This document shows positions 1-10,657 of a stretch of 64,000 nt of DNA, one piece after another. Both the position numbers and the translations under genes were made by a program. This DNA is from Paraspadella gotoi (Eukaryota; Animalia; Chaetognatha), in NCBI GenBank assembly GCA_051294375.1, contig CM119268.1, forward strand, positions 3,822,799 to 3,886,798. Reading direction: 5' to 3'. A model generated the notes under the pieces. It saw nothing but the letters and a program-made list of their open reading frames with translations. It searched no databases and was not told the origin of the DNA. Position 1 is the stretch's first letter. Each line of letters starts with the position of its first letter.

Positions 1-544
1 TCTCTATCCCACCCTCTCTCTCTCCATACCAGGTGCGCCTGTTGGTTCCACCCGGCGCGACGCCGGTTGTCAACGATGCCAAACGCCGAAGGGAAGGAGG
101 GCGCCGACCGGGGGTCGAGTTAACGCCCTGTACCCTTTAAACCCTGCCTCAAAGTCCTCCAGTTCTATGCACCCATTCACCTGGTTTCTCTGTCGATTTT
201 GACCTGACACTCCTGCCGCTACAACCGTGACTCTTCAGGACCCTATCTGCCTGTCCGTCTGTATATTTGTTTGTATGTTTATATATGTTTATATAAGTAA
301 AGTATGATTTGAAAGTCAATTTAGTTACAGAAAATGGCACCCGCGTATATTCATGTATCTTCTTCGCCCTGCTTTCGCCATGTCTGGGCCATGCTCCCTC
401 CCTTCTTTCACTTTACCCACGCCCTATTTTCTTCTAATCCCTACCTACCTGTCACCCCCTCTCCTCCATAATTCATGCTTAATCAGGGCCGAATAAGAAG
501 CAGGAGCCAAAGTTGAGCGCCGAAGAGCCCGGGATCGTGTCAGC

Positions 545-588
<44 letters not shown>

Positions 589-2554
589 TCGAGCCAACTA
601 TCGGACGTAATTGTTAATCGGAATATGTAAAATGAAATAAGAAAGATCCAGATTTTAAAAAGAGATCAAGATATGAGAATAAATCCCCCCCAAAAAAGAT
701 TTGGATTTGCAATAAATGCCAAAGAATAAAAAAAAAACTTGGGAAGTAAATTTCGCGAATTTGGACTCGAGATGAATGACGTCATCGTCTCTTCGTTGAC
801 AGAAGGAAAAAAAAAGAGAAGGGGACCTTATTTCTGGCCGCTTTTCAGCCATCTACTGTCCGCCACTTACCCTGCTCTTTACTTACCTTANNNNNNNNNN
901 NNNNNNNNNNNNNNNNNNNNNNNNNNNNNNNNNNNNNNNNNNNNNNNNNNNNNNNNNNNNNNNNNNNNNNNNNNNNNNNNNNNNNNNNNNNNNNNNNNNN
1001 NNNNNNNNNNNNNNNNNNNNNNNNNNNNNNNNNNNNNNNNNNNNNNNNNNNNNNNNNNNNNNNNNNNNNNNNNNNNNNNNNNNNNNNNNNNNNNNNNNNN
1101 NNNNNNNNNNNNNNNNNNNNNNNNNNNNNNNNNNNNNNNNNNNNNNNNNCATTCTAAACAATTTGCTATTACCCTACCTTGCTTTTTTTTCATACACTTA
1201 CCTATCTATCTCTATCCATCTATCTACCTACGTATCTACTTATCTATCTGTCTATCAATCTATCTATCAATCTTTTACCATCAGCCCCCACTCATTCTCC
1301 GACCCATAATCCTGCCACTACACCGCCATTCGCCTGCCACCTTCCAACAATCCAACCACCGCGTTTAACCGCCACCCACTTGTCACCTAATAGGCCGCCT
1401 CTCCGCCCGCCACTCCGCCCCACCACTCTGCCCGTCACTCCGCCCCGTCTGTCACCCTCGCTCACCCTACCGGAAACGAAAACGCAATAAAACCCGTCGA
1501 TCATGTTTATCGTCTCGTTCCGGTTCCCTTGGGGGGGGNNNNNNNNNNNNNNNNNNNNNNNNNAATAGGCGCCTCTCCGCCCGCCACTTGTCCGCCCCAC
1601 CACTCTGCCCGTCACTCCGCCCGTCTTCACCTCGCTCACCCTACCGGGAAACGAAACGCAATTAAAAACCGCATCGATCATGTTTATCGTTCCGTTCCGG
1701 TTCCCTGGGGGAGGATGATGAAGGCTTAAGGAGGTGGAGAGGTGAAAGGGAAGGTAGGGGAAAGAGAAGGTGTAAGAGGGAGAGGAATAGAAATGAGCAG
1801 AGGGTGAGAGGAGGGAAAGAGAGTGAAGCAGAGAGAAAGGGAAAAAGGAAACGGAGGGATAAGCATGAGTGAAAGATGAAGGAGGGAAGGGAGGAAGAGA
1901 GGAGGGTTTGTAGGAGACGGGAGGAAGAGGAAGACGAGGGAATGAAAGGGAGGAAGAGGAGGGAAGCGAAAAAAAGGGAGGAATGAGAGAATGAAAAAGA
2001 AGGGAGGAAGGATGGAGAAGAAGAGAGGAAAGAAAAGAAAAGAAAACGTTATTGTCACGAAAGTAATGAGGAATTAAAAGAATAAGGAAAGAAGAGGAAC
2101 TTTTCGAAAGCAGGGAAGGAGAATGAATGGGGTTGAGCTTGTGGAAGAGGTGGATAATGGGGGTGTGTTTCAGGGGACGGGGGGGGTTGGCGTGCTCGGG
2201 GAGAGAGGGGTGAAGGGCGATAAAGGATCAGGGATTCAAAAAAGCGACGAATGGAGAAACGCGAAAGGTCGATGCGTCGCCTTCGTAAATATTTGAAAAT
2301 CGCGCGCGAAAAGTCAAGCGAATGAAATGCGGCCGCGGACTGGAGATGCGGCGGCGGCGGAGAAAGCGACGGCGACGGTTATGGCGGCCGCCTTTATCCG
2401 CCGAGTAAATATTTATAAATTAAGCTCACGATAAAAACCAATGATGCTACTTAGTTTCTTTATGAAGGCCGACGGTTGGATGCGATTTTTTTGGGTTTAT
2501 TTTGATTTTTTAAATGTTTTTATTTTTTTATTCCTTTCTTCGTTCGTTCGTTCC

Positions 2555-2555
2555 T

Positions 2556-2650
<95 letters not shown>
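2555..2650. repeat. (TTTC)n microsatellite
   Basis: Direct reading. A (GAAA)n tract is also present at about 7740-7828. Confidence 0.95.
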
Positions 2651-2651
<1 letters not shown>

Positions 2652-3050
2652 TCCTTATTTTTAATTTTAATTGATTTTTACATTATTTCAGTTTTTGTCT
2701 TACGACCTCATTGTACACAAACCACAACAACAACAAGGCAACCATAGGATCATCCTCCTTTTGTCTTTCATAATCTTCCTTCATTTCTCACATTCCCTAC
2801 TTTTTTTTTGTTCTCCAACAATTTTTGTTATCCCTATACTTTTTCTCTTTTTTCCCCATTTTTTCCATTTTTTTCCATTTTTTTCATTTTCCCTCCCCTT
2901 TCTCCCCTCTTCCGCCCCCCTTCGCCCCCCCATTCCGCCCCCCATTTTCCAACCGCGTGTTTCGCGACGCGATCGCTCCCGTGGCGAAAACCCTCGTCGT
3001 CGCCATTTGCATTTTCGCTTTTGTCGTCTCCTCATTGTCTTCGTCGCCGT

Positions 3051-3084
<34 letters not shown>

Positions 3085-3092
3085 GTCGCCGT

Positions 3093-3132
<40 letters not shown>

Positions 3133-3492
3133 TCACCATCGGTATTGTTCTCTTCGTCCTGATCGACCTTTTTTCCTTTTTCCTTTCATTTCCTCCCTTC
3201 CTCCATAATCTTTTTCACCCCGAACCCTAATCACCTTCGTTACCGTTGATAAAAATTAGAATTAAGTGAAAATTAAGTTTTGATTACAAACAACGAATTT
3301 GTTTTTAGTTTCAAATTCGTTGTTGTTTCAGTTTATCATCACGAGTTCTATCTCTCCCTTTCACTCATTCAATCCTTCCTTTCCTCCTCCTCTTCCTCCT
3401 CCTCCTCCTCCTCCTTCTCCTCCTCCTCCCTCTAATCCCACTCTGCTGCTAACACCTTCTAATCGGCCAATCAATTTACGCATCCGTCTACT

Positions 3493-3591
<99 letters not shown>

Positions 3592-3698
3592 ACGCTCGCG
3601 AAAAAGATAAAAAGGGATAAAAAGGCTTTTTATTTTTTCACACCGCAATTTCGCTGCTTCTCTTCTTTCACGATAATATTCATTTTTACCATTTGACA

Positions 3699-3840
3699 AT
3701 TATCCTTACCTCTTTACATTTGTCCTTACCTCTTTACTTTTGAGCCCACCCTTTTAGCATTGTCCTCATCTCTTTAGCTTTGTCCATACCTCTTCACTAT
3801 TGTCCTTACCTCTTCACTTTTATCCCAACCTATTTTACTT
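3699..3840. repeat. 20-bp minisatellite (TTGTCCTTACCTCTTTACAT)
   Basis: About 7 degenerate tandem copies. Confidence 0.8.
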
Positions 3841-4365
3841 TTGTTCTTTTTGGATTTTTTCCTTTTTCACTTTTCGGCTCGGGTGTCTCGGCTGTCAGCT
3901 TTCGACTTGTAATTTCCCCTTTTACTGTCAACCTTGTTCCTTTTTTTTTTCTTTTTTTCTCTCTCTTTCTATCCTTTTGCTCTTTCTTTCTTTCGCTCTT
4001 TCCTCTCTTCTCGGACGCAAATCCCTTTTCACAGGTGAAAAACAATTCTTCTTATTCACGGTTTCCATGGCAACCGTTCTCCGCCTCCTCGGCCGCCTCG
4101 CTCTCACATTAACGCGAGCAGCCACAACAAATTCGTATTGACGCCTCGAAGCTCCTCCGCACCTGAACTGTCCCTCGGCTCCTTTGATTCAATCGCTCCT
4201 ATACTCCTGCGCCTTCCTAAAAGCTCCACTTGACTTTTGGAGTTACCCTCCACTTCTCTGTACTCAATAGGATCCACCTTTCATTCCCTGTCGTTTTCAG
4301 AGAAAAAAAAAGAACATCTCTCATTCTCTTTTTCCCTGTTCCTCGTTCTCTCTTTTCTCCTCCCG

Positions 4366-4398
<33 letters not shown>

Positions 4399-4592
4399 TC
4401 ATGTGCGGTCTTCTCTCTCCAACCCAGCCACGCCTCTCTGTTGTTCTTCGGACCGGCGCTTTTTTCGGATGCATAGCATTGATGTTAAACTGCGCCGTTC
4501 CGAAACAATGAAAACAAAGAACAGATGCGACGTGGAAAAAAAAATCGTTGGATTGAGGGAAAGGCGCTGTAGGTTCTCTTCTCTCTCTCTCA

Positions 4593-4628
<36 letters not shown>

Positions 4629-4759
4629 CTCCCTCTCTCTCTCTCTCTCTCTCCTTCTATCAATTCCCTTGACAGAAGAAATGACGTTTTTTTTATTATA
4701 TCCGAGTTAGGACATGCTTGAAGTTTCATTTCTTTTCGTTGTGAATTGCGTATCGCGAA

Positions 4760-7192
4760 GACGTTTATTTAATATGTTTTTTCTACAACGACCTTTATTT
4801 GGTAAAACAGACGTACGATGTTTCGGTTAACATACAAGCCTCTTCCTTACAGCGTTAACACAATTATTTGTGAAAATTTAAAAAATTGATTTGTGCAGAA
4901 AGAAGAGAGAGAGAAGAGAGAAGAAAAGAGAGAAAATAGCAGAGAGATGGGCAAAGTTTCCAACACAAGAGATGAGAAAAAGAATAGTGGTTCAGATGTG
5001 AGGACAGGTTAAGATAAGGACAGATTGAGTTTAGATTGTTGAAAAGAAATTAAAATGTGGTAAGAGGGAGAGAGAGAAGAGGAGAGAGAGAGAGAGAGGG
5101 AGAAAGACTAGAGAAATGTGTAGAAACTACATTAATGGCAAATGTACAAACAAAGGATAAATTCTTTAAGCTAAACGTGATAATAAATTATTTTTGACAA
5201 TTAACAGCTAATTAAATTAGGGAATATGAAAAATGAAGATAATGAAAGGTGTAAAAATTTGAGGGATACAGAGTTAATTAAACTAGGTTGTTATAAAGAT
5301 GAAATTTTATAAGGCGTTAAAAAAGACAAGGCATTCACAAATGAGCTGGCCCCGCCTTTGGTTTGATATGCAAAATGAAAAGGTCCTGATCGTATGGGGT
5401 TCGCAGTCAATTAGACCGCGGTCAAGTAGGTTGAAGAGGACAAAGTTGGATTGAGACCTGAAATCTTGTGCTGGACCTAGGGAAGGCTTCCTTGCGGGAA
5501 GAGTCCATAGGGCTACCCGCGAATTCTCTCCTGGCCTGGTACGAGCCTGTCGACTGCTCTCGCTTCTCTTCCGCTCTTGCTGTGGCGAGGACGGGCGGTT
5601 GGGTCCATTCTTGCTACTTTTGTAACATGAGTTGTGGACGCCATCTTCCCCTTCCTACACTGCAAGGGTTGGCCGCAAGAATCCAGGGAAAACTTATGTT
5701 TTCTGACGTCGTTGGTGGCGGCCGCTCACTCCGACAGAGAGAAGAGAGTTGAGTTGCTGGCTGCGACTGAAAGGAAGAGGCCATGCGTTTCGCGCCCATT
5801 GGCCTAGCCGCAAAGGTCTCACGCAGCTGTTTCGTTGAGTAGGGATACAGGGGAATCGTATTGTGCGGACAGTGGGCGGAGACGAGCGGGCCTCCACCAC
5901 GGCTTTTTGATAAGCGGTATCATAGCTTGGAGGAGAGACGATCGAGATCGTCCTCCATCGCGACGGTTCATAAAGAGGGCATCGAGGGCTTTGGAAAATG
6001 TAAATTGCCTCTCTAAGTGACCTTTTTGAGAAGCAATTCCAGTTCTTGCGGCGTCGATGGGGATACACGCAGAGACAGTCTGACACTCTCGCTGAATAAA
6101 TGGCCAGTAATTTGCCTGTGTGGTTTCGGCTACAGCAGAATAGATAGTGCCCTCTCCAGCGTCGTCGATAAGGGTTTTTGTAGTGCTGCTGAAATGCGGT
6201 CTGTTAGAGACTTGCCTGTCTCGGCCCACGTAATGCTGCTGCACAGGCTTGGTGTTGCCCTCGCCCTGCATCAGGCCGCCCAATAGACCGGCTCCTGATG
6301 TTTTCTCGCGTCTGGGGATTTGTTATCTTTCGGTTTCACCACATTGCTCACTATTAGAGAACCGCGGGTCGTCAGCTGAGGTTGGAGATCCCCTGCTTTT
6401 GCTAGCACCACCGCACCCAATTGACTTCAGTGATCCGCTGGTGGTAAGGGGAGGGACAGGTGTACCCACTGTTCTTAGGGCGCTTTCCATGCTCTATCAT
6501 CCAGGTGCGCTGTCGCGAGCGCGCGATTGGAGCTCTTCTAGCAGCATAGTGCCTTTCTCCTCCTGGGGGACCGGAGGATAGAATTTTGCGTTAGCGCTCT
6601 TGGGTCATTGCCCCTGGAGTGGCGCCAACTGCCCTCTAACCAGATACTGGGCCGGGACCTTGGCCCTTCTCGAAAGGCCCACAATGTGTAAACTCCATAT
6701 GAAGTCCGCCAAGGCTTCTTTTGGACGTGCTCAAAGCTCGCGGCCTGAAAGTAGCGGGGCTGTCGATCGGAATGCAAATAGCCGCCACGTTCGAGTGGTA
6801 TTAGGGATCAATGAGGATGGTTCGGTGTCCTTTCTTCCTCTCTCATCTCTCTGCGTATCTCGTCTCGGCCTTGCCGACACTTTTAATTTCTTTCACAATC
6901 TAAGACATCAATCTGTCCTTGAGTCTTAACCTGGGGTATTCCTCAGTACATCTGACGCATCTATTCTTTTCTCATCTCTGTTGTGTTGAAACTTTGCCCC
7001 TCTCTCTCTAATTTCTCTCTTTCTCTCTCTTCATCTCTTCATTCTTTTGCACAAAAATCAATTTTTAACAATTCACAAATAATTTTGTTAAACGATGAGA
7101 AGGCTTGTATGTAAGGCCGAAACCATGGGGGTACACGGGTTTTTTTTTACCAAATTAAAAAGTCCTCGTTTGTAGAAAAACATTAAAACGTC
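4760..7192 (-). mobile_element. Penelope-like retroelement (PLE) remnant: RT C-terminus plus GIY-YIG endonuclease, with inverted pseudo-LTR-like repeats
   Basis: Across frameshifts the minus strand 6830->5840 gives, in order, YLHSD, PY..ITE, KQGIS, VVKPKD, YVG, QH, SAVAE, KRSLREAIYI, MNRRDGGR and PPSYD. This is the order of PLE RT-thumb, linker and GIY-YIG motifs (YLH.DS.HP, LPY..G.SE, LV.PKD, YIGET, SAV.EH, R..KEAIYI, LNRDGG). Flanked by inverted repeats 4760-5105 and 6826-7192. Confidence 0.7.
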
Positions 7193-7739
7193 CGATACAT
7201 CCGAGTTAAAAAATAAAAATACTAGCTCATACTAGCTCCAAAAAATTCCTTGAACGTATTAGATTGCATAGAATGGATAAGTTGACAAATAAATTGAAAG
7301 AAATGTATAATATGCGTTTTATTTCGAATTCAACAAGGTTGATTCAGTACATATATGAGCATCAAAAAAAGCTAAGACTAAAGACAAAACAAAGTTAAAG
7401 ATTGCATGAAAACTACCACTATAGTTATTGAGTAAAATATTTCAACCATTAAAGAATATAATAGATATATAGGATATCATGGGAAGTTATGAGAAAATAA
7501 TGAACCGGTTTGGTTCCATAAATGTTTTTGAATCTCTCACTCTCACAACCTCTCTTTCTCTCTCTCTCTGTCTTTCTCTCTCCTCTTCATTTCTCGAAAC
7601 CCATCGTCCCCCACAGCCTTAAAAGTACCAGTGGCCCCTTTCGTGCGGCGCCGCGGCGGCCGCGGCGGCGGCGACCAGCCACGAATTAATGGTTGAAAAA
7701 TGTGGAATATGAAAAGATGAGAAAAAGAAAGAAGTAAAA

Positions 7740-7827
<88 letters not shown>

Positions 7828-8171
7828 AACTGAAGAGACTGAATGTGCAATAAGAGAAAAAAAGAAAAGGAGAAAGACTCTAAGAAATAGACAGACCTGA
7901 GTAAAATTTTCTTTATTCTTATCCTCATTTTTGCCCATTATGGGAAAAGCGTCATTAGTTGGAACAGCGGGCCTGTTTCAGGACCCAGGAGGAGGAGGAG
8001 GAGGAGGAAGAGGAGGAGGAGGAAGATGGCGATGAAGGGACTAAGAATAATGGAGAGAATGCGGTAAAAGTTAAAAAATGGTTACTGGACTTGATAATCG
8101 CTCATAGAAGCCAAGGGCAAAGGCAAGTTGACCGGAAGGCAGGTTGGGAGGGTGTGGGTGAGAGAGAGAGG

Positions 8172-8224
<53 letters not shown>

Positions 8225-9154
8225 AGATTACTGTTCTTTGCATTGTGTTTTTCAATTAAATCCTTTCCTAATTTTGATTATTTTTTTCTTTTTATATATT
8301 TTTCATTTGTCATTCTTTTGCTTTAATTTATTTTCTTTTCTTTTCTTCTTCCGATTTTGTTTCAACTTTTTTTTTATTTCATCGAAAAAAGAATAAGAAT
8401 AATGGAAATATTTTGGCTCCGAATAAATGGCAGATTGTGGCGGTGGACGTGAGGCGGTGTGAATATACCGCCACAAGATTTCCATTAAAAGTAGTCAAAT
8501 ATAAAAGCTGGAATTGTGGCTCACGGAGTTTTTTTGTCAATCGTTAAAAAATGTTTGTTTATGTTTTTTTAAGCAATACGTAAAACTTAAATACGTAAAC
8601 ATCACCGCAGTTTTATCAGTTTGTGCTCAATGTTTTCGGTGATTCGGGAAAAAGAAAAGAAGGGAAAAATAAAAGTGAAGAGAAAGAAAAGGTGAAGGGG
8701 ACAAACTTATGGCATCTCACGCAATTCTGCCGACGAAGCATCCAAGCTCTTGCTGCCGCTGATCATGCCGCTGCTGCTACTGCTGCCGCTGCTGTTGTTG
8801 TTGTTGTTGTTGATGCGGTAGTTCTTGTTTTTTTGTCGTTATTGTTGTTGTTTTTTACGAAACATTTCCGTGTTTATCTCTTCCAATTTCAGTCGTCTAA
8901 AAATTAGGATCTGCTTTTCGACCGAGAGTCGAACCCGAGACTTTGCGGCCGAAACACTAAAAGAGAGATAGCGTTCCATATAAAGTCCCAAATTGTAGGA
9001 AAATATTGGATGGCGAATGGTAAATGAGTAGCGAATGGTAAAAGGCGATTATTCCACTGAAAGAGAGATTACATTCCCCCACAGCATCGGCGCCAAAAGC
9101 TAAATGCGGCCAATTTTAAAACTCGACAAAAAAAAGAATTCCCATCGCAATGAG

Positions 9155-9229
<75 letters not shown>

Positions 9230-9409
9230 GAGAGAAAGATAAAAATCCAGAAATTAAAATCGAGAGTCGAATTCAAAATGGCGGCGAAGATCCGCGTCGA
9301 CGCCACCGGAAACGCGAGACGCCGATGGTTCCATTTGCGGCCGGCGTCGTTGGTATTCGGAGTTCCACTTCAAATTTCCTCTTCTTTTTTTCGGCGGCGT
9401 CGAAAAGAA

Positions 9410-9640
9410 GGGAAGGCGATGACGGCGGCGGCGGCGGCGGCGGCGGCTGCGGCGCGGCCGGCGGCGGCGGCGGCGGCCGGCGGCGCGATGGCGGCGGCGG
9501 CGGCGATGGCGCGATGCGCGGCGGCGGCGGCGGCGGATCGCGCGTCCGGCGCGGGCGGCGATGCGGCGGCGGCGCGCAGGCGGGCGGCGCGCGGCGGCAG
9601 AGCAAGGCCGAGCGGCGGCGGCGGACGCGGCGGCGGTGTG
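9410..9640. repeat. Degenerate (GGC)n GC-rich tract within a CpG-rich island (about 9270-9860)
   Basis: Direct reading. Its ORFs are poly-Ala/Gly/Arg/Pro by-products of the repeat. Confidence 0.8.
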
Positions 9641-10574
9641 CGGAGGCGCCGACTATTGATGCCGCTGCTGCCCGCCAAATGCGTGCTGCGCCAAACGTGG
9701 CCACCTAAATGCGGCGGAGGCGTTGGGTTTTGGGCGGCGGCGGGGGCGTCGGCGGCGTCGATTGCGTCGGCGGCTTCGGCGTGCTGGCGTTGCCTGCTTT
9801 TTAATGGATCTAAAAATCGTTGGGCGTCAACCCCCTTTTGTTGAAGAGGGCCGCGAGGTTAAACTTGGGAAGGTTCTTCAAAAAAAGAAAATGAGAATGA
9901 AAGCCAAAGATTAAATGCTTTTGCAAGGATTATATTTGACATAAATATACAACTGTCAACAGTTATAACTAATAGTAAATAATTGAAATAATAATTGAAA
10001 CGATGAGGCTGGTATGAAAAAACATGATGGTGATTCTAAGAAAGTTATGATTTCATAAAATATAAAATGCTTATAAAAAGTTTTTTTTACTCTATAATTT
10101 AATTTGCATATTGCAGTAATCTTTTTAAGCTGTCACAATAGATTTAAATTTACTCAAATCTTTCATTCAATTTTAAAGTTGCTATCTTTTTTTAAACTTT
10201 ATACTATTAAAGATAATAATACTGGCAGACAAGTAGGTAATTAGTTCTTTTGCTTAAAAATATTATATAGTTTTTGTGTTTTTACCTGCAAGTTGTCATT
10301 TTTGTCAGTTTTGATAAAATGAAGAAGCCCATTCGATCGACAGGTCCGAAGCCCCTAAGCTATGCTTAGTCTACCTATTTTTTCAACCCGAGCTTTGCCC
10401 GGGTCACAGAATCTGTAATGTGTAAAATGTTCTAATGAATACTATGTTTAACGTACTATGTTTAATGCTATGTAAGTGTCATCACCCGAACCAATTACTG
10501 CCTAACGATAAAGTTATTGTCCAAACATGCGAATCAATTTTATTGATTATTGCAAAAAAGTAACTAAAATGCTA

Positions 10575-10657
10575 CGCAGTGAGCAGGATTCGAACCTGCG
10601 CAGGGGAAGACCCATCTGATTTGGAGTCAGACGTCTTAACAGCTCGGCCATCACTGC
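10575..10657 (-). tRNA. tRNA-Ser(CGA)-type body with CCA anticodon, possibly a pseudogene
   Basis: GCAGTGATGGCCGAGCTGTTAAGACGTCTGACTCCAAATCAGATGGGTCTTCCCCTGCGCAGGTTCGAATCCTGCTCACTGCG. Acceptor, anticodon and T stems are intact, with a long variable arm and G73. The D-loop lacks GG and the D-stem has a mismatch. TTTT lies 5 nt downstream. Confidence 0.8.

Noticed and set aside
25-250. Possible minus-strand exon at the window edge
   Set aside because: Splice-like sites exist but there is no recognisable peptide and the context is truncated.
9104-9844. Poly-Ala 246-aa ORF resembling a transcription-factor low-complexity region
   Set aside because: Most frames on both strands are open because of GGC repeats, and there is no recognisable domain or supported exon chain.
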